The position numbers and the translations under genes were made by a program. Below, piece by piece: positions 23,061-33,700 of a stretch of 64,000 nucleotides of DNA (positions are counted from its first letter, which is position 1; the number at the start of each line of letters is the position of its first letter). Source of the DNA: Eledone cirrhosa (Eukaryota); assembly GCA_964016885.1 (NCBI GenBank), contig OZ024744.1, forward strand, positions 32,860,001 through 32,924,000, read 5' to 3'. The notes beneath the pieces are model-generated. The model saw only the letters and a list, made by a program, of their open reading frames with translations. It was not told the origin of the DNA and ran no database searches.

Positions 23061-23423
23061 TTGACTGACTTATCATTTTATCAGTCAGATGTTCTAACGT
23101 GCCTTAGGTGAGCAGTAAAAAACTCTTCAGACGCTCATCAGCCACCAGTTTGTGTTAATCAAAGTATCATGCAGATGACCGGGCCAGTTTTATGACCTAG
23201 ACCTAGTCTTCTTCTGCACAGATGCACCCGCCACCTTTTTCATACGATACAATCTCTAGGGTCCGTCGCTTTTCTTAATCTACCGAGATATCATCCACTT
23301 GTTCCGTATCCATCTTGTCTCAGTTTAACACACGTGATCGTCCTCAAAATTATTACCTCTTACATGTCAAAATTGGTCACGACAGCCAACTCAACACTTT
23401 TTCTCACGCTCCATTTCTACGCA

Positions 23424-23711
<288 letters not shown>

Positions 23712-24007
23712 ATAGTGCAATCACCAACACCACCTCCACCACCACTATTGTTAGTTAGAAACAACAACACCATCAATCCAACCAAACAACCAATAATACC
23801 AGTAGCAGCAGCAGTATTTATTCAGACGCTGTTTAAAGTAGTTAAGTGTTTGGCCAATGTCTCAAGATATTTTCTAAGGATTCCTTTAGTTCGGTTCACG
23901 CCTGTAAGATATCAATAGGTTTCGACGCACCTACACAGCGCCCGCTCTTCTTTCTTTCGCTTTTATTCGGTCAAGTTCTTACAAACCAACATAAAAGATC
24001 AAATTTT

Positions 24008-24541
<534 letters not shown>

Positions 24542-24631
24542 CAAAAGGGATATTTAATTTGTTGTAATTCAACAAATATAAATGTTTATAACTGATTCGA
24601 AGCACTCGACAGTTTTCTGGAGTATAATATT

Positions 24632-24968
24632 CAATGATATTAAATCAATGGAAGCTATATTTATAAAACCATATTTATTCTATTATATATATATTTCAAC
24701 GGTACCAAACTTTGGTACGCACTCATCAGATAAAATACAAAGTTTGTTTTATAAATATTGACATAACCAGGAAGAAGATCTTAACAGTTCAAGTTTTTCC
24801 TGGAAAAACTTGAACTGTTAAGATCTTCTTCCTGGTTATGTCAATATTTATAAAACAAACTTTGTATTTTATCTGATGAGTGCGTACCAAAGTTTGGTAC
24901 CGTTGAAATATATATATAATAGAATAAATATGGTTTTATAAATATAGCTTCCATTGATTTAATATCAT

Positions 24969-24970
<2 letters not shown>
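24632..24970. repeat. Perfect palindrome (169-bp arms, 1-nt centre at 24801) carrying family A hammerheads on both strands
   Basis: Centre AAGTTTTTCC-T-GGAAAAACTT; the arms read as exact reverse complements. Confidence 0.92.
24865..24926 (+). ncRNA. Type I hammerhead ribozyme (family A); mirror copy on the minus strand at 24676-24737
   Basis: TATTTTAT-CTGATGA-G..GTACCAA(agt)TTGGTAC..T-GAAA-TATATATA-TA|ATAGAATA. Confidence 0.8.
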
Positions 24971-25013
<43 letters not shown>

Positions 25014-25018
<5 letters not shown>

Positions 25019-25129
25019 AAAAAGTTTGACCCCGACGGCAGAGCTCAAGCCGTTTCGACGGCTATTTCAGTCCAGAAATAGCCGTCTAAACGGCTTGAGC
25101 TCTGCGGTCGGGGTCAAACTTTTTCCTAT
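25014..25129. repeat. Fold-back inverted repeat (~56-bp arms) between (TA)n tracts
   Basis: ATAGGAAAAAGTTTGACCCCGAC.GCAGAGCTCAAGCCGTTT.GACGGCTATTTC is followed by its reverse complement after a ~5-nt spacer. Confidence 0.85.
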
Positions 25130-25205
25130 TTCCCACTCTACTACCCTAAGTATTGAGTACTCTGGTGCGTTATGGTCCATCTGGTTCCTTACCACAACTC
25201 CTTTG

Positions 25206-25261
<56 letters not shown>

Positions 25262-25285
25262 TAGAATTGGTGTTCTGAAATAGCG

Positions 25286-25725
25286 ATATATATATGAATG
25301 TATATATAGTGTATTTTGCAATACACTGTATGCTTAATTAAAAGGAATTTGAAGACCATACGCTATTGTTTTAAAGTAGTGACAATGTCATTTACTTAAC
25401 TTTTCGCCAAACAGGGGAGATAAGCTGACAGAGCTCTGTTTCGTACTTGTTGGTACCGCTCTGTATAATCAGTTCCTGATTATTACTGGAATTCTATAAG
25501 AATCCAACACACATAATTTTCAGCAAACAGGGAGAGTAGCGAAATTTGATAAGTACCAACAAGTCCAAAACAGAGCTCTGTCAGCTTACCTCTCCTCTTT
25601 CCTGAAAATTTAAGTAAGTTACATTGTCACTACTTTAAAACAATAGCCTATGTTCTTCAAAATGCTTTTAATTAATCATAAAGTGTATTGCAAAATACAC
25701 TATATATACATTCATATATATATAT
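25286..25725. repeat. Imperfect inverted repeat (~170-bp arms, ~95-bp spacer) with hammerhead remnants
   Basis: Arms ~25286-25456 and ~25553-25725. The minus strand of the left arm has GTAC(caacaa)GTAC-GAAAC-AGAGCTCT-GTC|AGC. Confidence 0.78.
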
Positions 25726-25728
25726 ATT

Positions 25729-26710
25729 TCGTATAGGTGTCATGTTAAAAATAACCCATCCGAAACTGTAAAGTGGTCGTGTAGATGTCATGATAAAAAT
25801 CACCCAGCTCACACTGTAAAGTGGTTGTGTAGGTGTCATGATAAAATCACCCAACCCACACTGTAAAGTGGTCGTGTAGGTGTCATGATAAAAATCACCT
25901 AACCCAGACTGTAAAGTGGTTGTGTAGGTGTCATGATAAAATCACCCAACCCACACTGTAAAGTGGTTGTGTAGGTGTCATGATAAAATCACCCAACCCA
26001 CACTGTAAAGTGGTTGTGTAGGTGTCATGATAAAATCACCCAACCCACACTGTAAAGTGGTCGTGTAGGTGTCATGATAAAAATCACCTAACCCAGACTG
26101 TAAAGTGGTCGTGTAGGTGTCATGATAAAAATCACCCAGCCCTCTCTGTAAAGTGGTTGTGTAGGTGTCATGATAAAAATCACCCAACCCACACTGTAAA
26201 GTGATTGTGTAGGTGTCATGAAAAAAATCACCCAGCCCACACTGTAAAGTGGTCGTTTAGGTGTCATGATGAAATTCATCCAACCCTCTCTGTAAAGTGG
26301 TTTTGTAGGTGTCATGTTAAAAATCACCCAACCCTCTCTGTAAAGTGGTTTTGTAGGTGTCATGATAAAAATCACCCAGCCCTCTCTGTAAAGTGGTTTT
26401 GTAGGTGTCATGATAAAAATCAGCCAGCCCTCTCTGTAAAGTGGTCGTTCAGGTGTCATGATAAAAATCACCCAACCCACTCTGTAAAGTGGTCGTGTAG
26501 GTGTCATGATAGCACCCAGCCCTCTCTGTAAAGTGGTTGTGTAGGTGTCATGATAGCACCCAGTAGTCCCTGTAAATTGGTTGTGTACGTCTCATGATAG
26601 CACCCAGCCCTCTCTGTATAATGGTTATGTACGTGTCATGATAGCACCCAGTAGTCCCTGTAAATTGGTTGTGTAGCTGTCATGATAGCACCCAGTAGTC
26701 CCTGTAAATT
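25729..26710 (-). repeat. Short array (~21 units) of the 48-bp satellite, opposite orientation to the large array; last units are a 44-bp variant
   Basis: Unit TCATGATAAAAATCACCCAGCCCTCTCTGTAAAGTGGTCGTGTAGGTG. From ~26500 the unit is TCATGATAGCACCCAG.... Confidence 0.95.
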
Positions 26711-26870
26711 GAGGTTGACGTTGGGAAGGCATCAGCTACAGAAACTAAGCCAGAAACAGACTGGTATGAAGAAGGCATGGTCAAATGACCTAGGATTGCC
26801 CACAATAGGACAATCTCGCCTAACCCATGCTAGCGTGGAAAATAGACATAAAGACGGAGGTGATGATGAT
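26700..26870 (+). mobile_element. RTE-like 3' tail contiguous with the short array
   Basis: TGTAAATTGAGGTTGACGTTGGGAAGGCATCAGCTACAGAA...CTAACCCATGCTAGCGTGGAAAATAGAC...(GAT)n matches the reverse complement of 18086-18268. Confidence 0.85.
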
Positions 26871-26932
26871 ATGTGTGTATATATACAGAAATATGTATAC
26901 ATAGACCATGTGTGTATATATGTATATAACAT

Positions 26933-27148
26933 CCAGCCATCACTGTAAAGTGGTCGTACACGCCAAAAAGCACCCAGCACACACTGTAAATGTGGTTGGT
27001 GTTAGGAACGGCATCAGCCATAGAAAACCATCCAGAAACAGTCCTATAGGAGCGAGACACGGTCACCCGACACAACCTGCCTCTAAATGGGACAAACCCG
27101 TCTAACCCATGTTAACATGGATGATATACGTTAATCGATGATGATGAT
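26933..27148 (+). mobile_element. Second RTE-like 3' tail with about one satellite-like unit
   Basis: CACTGTAAAGTGGTCGTACAC..AAAAAGCACCCAGCACACACTGTAAATGTGGTTGGTGTTAGGAA...AACCCGTCTAACCCATG...(GAT)n. Confidence 0.85.
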
Positions 27149-27150
27149 AA

Positions 27151-27172
<22 letters not shown>

Positions 27173-27181
<9 letters not shown>

Positions 27182-27584
27182 TAAACAAATAATGAATAAA
27201 CAATTCCTTATATTAAACAAAAAAAGTTCATTATTTAACGATCGTTTCTAGGGTATACATGTGTTATAATTGGTATGCATATTCAACAGATCTATGTACA
27301 AAATTATACAAAATTATACAAATTATCAAGATTAAATATACATACCTAACACATATATACGCCGTCTTCAGAAATAAATTTATTTCTGAAGACGGCGTAT
27401 ATATGTGTTAGGTATGTATATTTAATCTTGATAATTTGTATAATTTTGTATAATTTTGTACATAGATCTGTTGAATATGCATACCAATTATAACACATGT
27501 ATACCCTAGAAACGATCGTTAAATAATGAACTTTTTTTGTTTAATATAAGGAATTGTTTATTCATTATTTGTTTAATATTTTAT
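27173..27584. repeat. Perfect spacerless palindrome (206-bp arms, centre 27378/27379)
   Basis: Centre GCCGTCTTCAGAAATAAA|TTTATTTCTGAAGACGGC; the arms read as exact reverse complements. Confidence 0.92.
27380..27526 (+). ncRNA. Type I hammerhead with a ~115-nt extended stem II; mirror copy on the minus strand at 27231-27377
   Basis: TTATTT-CTGAAGA-[GTATATATGTGTTA/TAACACATGTATAC and GGTATGTATATTTAA/TTGAATATGCATACC]-GAAA-CGATCG-TT|AAATAA. The base of stem II is imperfect. Confidence 0.65.
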
Positions 27585-27942
27585 CTTGACTCTGTATACC
27601 GTTTATCTTTCACCGAAAGTGGATTTTCATTACATCTCTTCTTTCCATGATATCCGGAATACATTGAGTTCTTCATACGGATTGGACACTACCGTAAACT
27701 CTTGGTAGATTTATCTACATATATATATATATATATATATTTCGTTTCTGAATTTGTTTAGCAAGATTCTTTATCTGAAATCGTGTGTTGAAACCAATAT
27801 TGTTATACTTTGGGAGGGTCATGTTGCCAATAAGAAACACACGCACCAGTTGCTTTCACTTCAGTTTATTATATATTTATAAATTTACAAATTTATAAAT
27901 TTCTGGTTGGTTGGTTCCACAACCAGATAGTTGTTTATATAT

Positions 27943-27987
27943 AGTCATAGTTCTTTCGTCACACACTCTGTGACCTCTTCAGTGACT
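27943..27987 (-). ncRNA. Minimal type I hammerhead ribozyme in the PLE 3' UTR
   Basis: AGTCA-CTGAAGA-G-GTCAC(agagtgt)GTGAC-GAAA-GAAC-TA|TGACT, with perfect 5-bp stems I and II and an intact core. Confidence 0.85.
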
Positions 27988-28173
27988 GGGGATTCCTTTC
28001 TTTGTTTCTGTGCCTCTCCTTTGTTCTGTCCTACGCCATTTTGTTTCTGTGTGTGTGTTGTGTGCTCAGTCTGCGCATGCGCCACATCCGGGTGTCTGTG
28101 TGTGTTTATGTGTTTATTTACATGTTAGTGGTTGGTTGTTTGTTCTATGTGTGTGCGTGTTTTCATTTTGTCC

Positions 28174-30681
28174 TTAATTGTAAGTTGTGATGTTGCTGTT
28201 CCACTCATATTTTCTATTTAATTTTGGTTGTAATTCTTTTATGTTTATTGCCTCTGTAATTTGTCTAAACATTGCGTCTTTTCTGTGTGTAGATTCTATT
28301 TTTATTTCTATGTTCTCTAATTTACCCTTGTGTTCTATCTTAGCATGTTGGTAGAGTACAGATGATTCTTTATTATCTTGAAGGTCTCGCCAGTGTTCAT
28401 TTATCCGTTCCCCTACAATACGAGCTGTCTCACCTATGTACACTATATTTTTGTCTCTACATTGTCCTTCAGTACATCTTATGCTATACACTACATTTCT
28501 AGTTTTACAGTTAATATGGGGGCTTATTTTACAGGTTATACATTTCTTATCTATACATGAGGGTCTTTGAAATGGGTATGTCTTGCTAATAAGTGTTTTT
28601 ACGGAGGTACCTGGTCTTTCTACTATCTTAATATTGAGTTTATGTTTATTTAGGGCCCTTCTAAATTTGTAAGCTAGTTCGCCTCTAGGGGTTGTATCGA
28701 TGAACATTACACTCTGGTATTTATTGCTATCATACCATGAGTTTATTCTATTGGCCTTGTTCCTAGTTCTTTCTATTCTATTCCAAAATTTGCTCCTATA
28801 CAAGGGGCAGGTCCCATTTATGTCATTATTTACCATTTTTTCCCATTTGGTTCTGGCTCCTCTATACACTCTGATACTATCTCTCTGATTGTGGCCAGAG
28901 AACTGCATACGGTGGATGAAGTGTTGTATGTGTCTCTCTAGTTCTTCGGGGTTGCACATGCGGGACACATTTCTCATCACCCGTACCAAATCCGCAATCA
29001 GTATGTTGATTTTGGTATGGTCCGAAATGGCCGAGTTTCGGTGGATCAGATGTTTGGAAGTCATGGGTTTGGCATAATGGGAATGGAGGATTTGTTTTTT
29101 GTTGTTAATGTTATCTAACCAGAGCTCTGTGTCTAGTACAGGTAATCGATGGTTGGGGTGTTTAATTGGGTAGTCTATAGTAACTCTAATGCTCTGGTGG
29201 ATGGAGTTTGCTATTTGCTGGATGCTTTCCATTGTGTTTTTCTCTAGTTCCTGACTGTTCTCTAGTGGGGGTGTCTTAACTACGATGTTTATATCATCTA
29301 CGTAGCGGGAGTACATTATCAGGGTTAAGGGGTCTTCTAATTGTTCTTTAAGTTTAAGCTTAAGTCTACTGTCCCACCATACCATGAATAAGTTAGCTAT
29401 GTCGCCTGCAATGCTAACACCAATGGCTGCTCCTTCCTCTTGGGCATATGTTTTTCCATTAAATTTGAACATATGTTCCTTAAGGGTTAGTTTTATGCTG
29501 GCCCCTACCGCATGTGCAATCATTTTCTTCAGTTCATCGTGGTTTTCGGGTGTCCGTATGGCTCTGGTCCACCCGTTCCATCTATCTGTGTGGGTTTTTT
29601 TGGCCATTGAGGTAATGGTAGGTGGTCTGCCTCTTGCTGGTCTTGTAGGGCACAGGTTGCTAAGGTCATATGTGTCTAGGTAACTATTACTATAGGCAAG
29701 CTTAAGTAGGAGCCCAAGCTCACTGGTATCAATCCCACGGAACTCAACCTTGCTCTCACTGATCATTTCTACGCATTTCTCCACAGCAAAATCCACGTCA
29801 ATAGATGGATACAGGGACACAACATCCATATTGCCTATTATGCAGTTTGTTAGGTCCCCAGATCGGTTACTCACGCCGATTCTGCTGAGGAGGTCCTCCG
29901 TGCTCTCACATACATCTGGGGACATTTCAATGATGGGGCGTATGATCAGGGAGAGGAAGTAGGACAGTCTGTAGTTACTAGCAATTTTAGCTCCACAGAC
30001 TGGCCGTGTTGGTGGTCCCGCGACATGGTCACAGCCCGTTTTATGGTCTTTTCGAATCCCATACAACGCCGGCACGTCATTGTTCCAGGCCTGGGAGTTG
30101 TTGGCAGTCCTTTTGTTGGGCTGCATTATATTCGTCCACATCACCATATGGGCATTGAGGGCTTTTTCTCTATCCTCATGCTCCTGTGGTGTTACTTCTC
30201 TGGGGTTAGTAATGTGGGGTTGCATTGCCTGGATATAGTTTGGCAGGCTGTCAACCGACATTCTGCCATACTTGTCTGTTGGAAAGCATGCTATCTCTCC
30301 ATTACGTGAGCGCTGCATGAGCTTACGCAAGCAATTTGCAGATTTTTCTCCCAGTTGCTGGACCTCCATTCTATTATGCTTCTTGCTATACTGTTCTATA
30401 ATATTTCTAAGTTCGGATCTAGCTATACTAAATTGTGCTTCTGTTTGTTCATCGACCTGCGACGGCAATTGCGTGCGTTTGTTAAATAGTAAAGTCGTGG
30501 CGTGGACTCGTCGCAGGTCGAATGATTTATCGGAGGGATTATAAAACGGAGAGTTCCAGGCTGATGCTTTATGTGTACTAGTGCTATTATTATTGTTAGT
30601 TGTGTTGTTTCTATATCTATTTCCACCAACAGCCTCATGGTTGTATCTGTGTCTCTCATAATTACTCCTGTCTCTTTCCAC
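28174..30681 (-). CDS. PLE reverse transcriptase + GIY-YIG endonuclease (835 codons uninterrupted, N-terminus probably missing)
   Basis: PTDKYG, YGIRKDHK..PTRPV, MDVVSLYPSI, QEEGAAIG, YSRYVDD, LPVLD, YAKPM, Cys linker CIDKKCITC, NVVYSIRC..VYIGETAR..ERINEH, RQITEA..LNRKYEW. The track start is GTG and the frame stays open up to the satellite junction. Confidence 0.93.
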   Translation of the reverse strand: MERDRSNYERHRYNHEAVGGNRYRNNTTNNNNSTSTHKASAWNSPFYNPSDKSFDLRRVHATTLLFNKRTQLPSQVDEQTEAQFSIARSELRNIIEQYSKKHNRMEVQQLGEKSANCLRKLMQRSRNGEIACFPTDKYGRMSVDSLPNYIQAMQPHITNPREVTPQEHEDREKALNAHMVMWTNIMQPNKRTANNSQAWNNDVPALYGIRKDHKTGCDHVAGPPTRPVCGAKIASNYRLSYFLSLIIRPIIEMSPDVCESTEDLLSRIGVSNRSGDLTNCIIGNMDVVSLYPSIDVDFAVEKCVEMISESKVEFRGIDTSELGLLLKLAYSNSYLDTYDLSNLCPTRPARGRPPTITSMAKKTHTDRWNGWTRAIRTPENHDELKKMIAHAVGASIKLTLKEHMFKFNGKTYAQEEGAAIGVSIAGDIANLFMVWWDSRLKLKLKEQLEDPLTLIMYSRYVDDINIVVKTPPLENSQELEKNTMESIQQIANSIHQSIRVTIDYPIKHPNHRLPVLDTELWLDNINNKKQILHSHYAKPMTSKHLIHRNSAISDHTKINILIADLVRVMRNVSRMCNPEELERHIQHFIHRMQFSGHNQRDSIRVYRGARTKWEKMVNNDINGTCPLYRSKFWNRIERTRNKANRINSWYDSNKYQSVMFIDTTPRGELAYKFRRALNKHKLNIKIVERPGTSVKTLISKTYPFQRPSCIDKKCITCKISPHINCKTRNVVYSIRCTEGQCRDKNIVYIGETARIVGERINEHWRDLQDNKESSVLYQHAKIEHKGKLENIEIKIESTHRKDAMFRQITEAINIKELQPKLNRKYEWNSNITTYN

Positions 30682-30702
30682 TGGCTCATTGTTGTTATCT
30701 AC

Positions 30703-33700
30703 CCTGGGTGATTTTTATCATGACACCTACACGACCACTTTACAGAGAGGGTTGGGTGATTTTTATCATGACACCTACACGACCAATTTAAAGAGAGGGC
30801 TGGGTGATTTTTATCATGACACCTACACGACCACTTTACAGAGAGGGCTGCGTCATTTTTATCATGACACCTATACGACCACTTTACAGTCTGGGTTAGG
30901 TGATTTTTATCATGAAACCTACACGACCACTTTACAGTCTGATTTAGGTGATTTTTATCATGACACCTACACAACCACTTTACAGTGTGGGTTGAGTGAT
31001 TTTATCATGACACCTACACAACCAATATACAGTGTGACCTGGGTGATTTTTATCATGACACCTACACGACCACTTTACAGTGTGGGATGGGTTATTTTTA
31101 TCATGACAGCTACACAACTACTTTACAGAGAGGGTTGCGTGATTTTTATCATGACACCTACACGACCACTTTACAGAGAGGGCTGTGTGATTTTTATCAT
31201 GACACCTACACGACCACTTTACAGAGAGGGTTGGGTGATTTTTATCATGACACCTACATAAGCACTTTACAGAGAGGGCTGGGTGATTTTTATCATGATA
31301 CCTACACGACCACTTTACACTGAGAGTTGGGTGATTTTTATCATGACACCTACACAACCAATTTGCAGTGTGAGCTGAGTGATTTTTATCATGACACCTA
31401 CACAACCACTTTACAGTGTGCGATGGGTGATTTTTATCATGACGCCTACACGAGAACTTTACAGAGAGGGCTGGGTGGTTTTTATCATGACACCTACACG
31501 ACCACTTTACAGAGAGGGCAGGGTGATTTTTATCATGACACCTACACAACTACTTTACAGTGTGGGCTGGGTGATTTTTATCATGACACCTACACAACAA
31601 CTTTACATAGAGGGATGGGTGATTTTATCATGACACCTACACGACCACTTTTCAGAGAGGACTGGGTGATTTTTATCATGACACCTAAACAACCACTTTA
31701 CAGTGTGGGCTGGGAGATTTTTATCATGACACCTACACGACCACTTTACAGTGTGGGTTGGGTGATTTTTATAATGCCACCTACACAACCACTTTACAGA
31801 GAGGGTTGGGTGATTTTTATCATGACACCTACACGACCACTTTCCAGTGTGGGCTAGGTGATTTTTATCATGACACCTTCACGACAATTTTACAGAGAGG
31901 GCTGGTTGATTTTTATCACGACACCTACACGACCACTTTACAGTGAGGGTTGGATGGTTTTTATCATGACACCTACACAACCACTTTACAGTGTGCGCTG
32001 GGTGATTTTTATGATGACACCTACAGGACCACTTTACAGTGTGGAGTGGGTGATTTTAAGCATGACACCTACACGACCACTTTGCAGAGAGGGCTGGGTG
32101 ATTTTTATCATGACCCCTACACAACAACTTTACAGAGAGGGCTGGTTGATTTTTATCATGACACCTACACGACCACTTTACAGAGAGGGCTGGGTGATTT
32201 TTATCATGACACCTACACAACCACTTTACAGTGTGGGCTGGGTGATTTTTATCATGACACCTTCACGACAACTTTACAGAGAGGGCTGGGTGATTTTTAT
32301 CATGCCACCTACACAACCACTTTACAGAGAGGGTTGGGTGATTTTTATCATGACACTTTCACGACAACTTTACAGAGAGGGCTGGGTGATTTTTATCATA
32401 ACACCTACACAACCACTTTACAGTGAGGGCTGGTTGATTTTTATCATGACACCTACACAACCACTTTACAGAGAGGGCTGGGTGATTTTATCACGACACC
32501 TATACGACCACTTTACAGAGAGGTTTGGGTGATTTTTATCATGACACCTACACAACCACTTTACAGAGTGGGCTGGGTGATTTTTATCATGACACCTTCA
32601 CGACAACTTTACAGAGTGGGTTGGGTGATTTTTATCATAACACCTACACAACCACTTTACAGTGAGGGCTGGTTGATTTTTATAATGACACCTACACGAC
32701 AACTTTACAGAGCGGGCTGGGTGATTTTTATCATGGCACCTACACGACAACTTTGCAGAGAGGGCTGGGTGATTTTTATCATGACACCTACACGACCACT
32801 TTACAGTGAGGGTTGGGTGATTTTTATCATGATACCTACACGACCACTTTACAGAGAGGGCTGGGTGATTTTTATCATGGCACCTACACGACAACTTTAC
32901 AGAGTGGGCTGAGTGATTTTTATCATGACACCTTTACGACAACTTTACAGAGAGGGTTGGGTGATTTTTATCATGACACCCACACAACCACTTTACAGAG
33001 AGGGCTGGGTGATTTTTATCATGACACCTACACAACAACTTTACAAAGAGGGCTGGTTGATTTTTATCATGACACCTACACGACCACTTTACAGTGAGGG
33101 TTGGGTGATTTTTCTCATGACACCTACACAACCACTTTACAGTGTGCGCTGGGTGGTTTTTATCATGACACCTACAGGACCACTTTACAGTGTGGAGTGG
33201 GTGATTTTTATCATGACACCTACACGACCACTTTGCAGAGAGGGCTGGGTGATTTTTATTATGACACCTACACAACCACTTCACAGAGAGGGCTGGTTGA
33301 TTTTTATCATGACACCTACACAACCACTTTCCAGAAAGGGCTGGGTGATTTTTATCATGACACCTACACGACCAGTTTACAGAGAGGGCTGGGTTATTTT
33401 TATCATGAAACCTACAAAACCACTTTACAGTGAGGGCTGGGTGATTTTTATCATGACACCTACACGACCACTTTACAGAGAGGGCTGGGTGATTTTTATC
33501 ATGATACCTACACAACAACTTTACAGAGAGGGGTGGTTGATTTTTATCATGACACCTACACGACCACTTTACAGTGAGGGTTGGGTGATTTATATCATGA
33601 CACCTACACGACCACTTTACAGAGAGGGCTGGGAGATTTTTATCATGACACCTACACGACCACTTTACAGAGTGGGCTGGGTGATTTTTATCATGACACC

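Larger units (their letters stand above)
27880..30702 (-). mobile_element. Penelope-like element, 5'-truncated at the satellite junction
   Basis: RT + GIY-YIG ORF followed by a ~290-bp 3' UTR containing a hammerhead. Confidence 0.93.

Noticed and set aside
23095-23150. CTGATGA/CTGAAGA on the minus strand
   Set aside because: No GAAA-stem III-UH segment follows.
25420-25590. Functional hammerheads in the 25286-25725 inverted repeat
   Set aside because: The left arm lacks CUGANGA and the right arm has a decayed core (TTGATAA, AAAA); recorded only as remnants.
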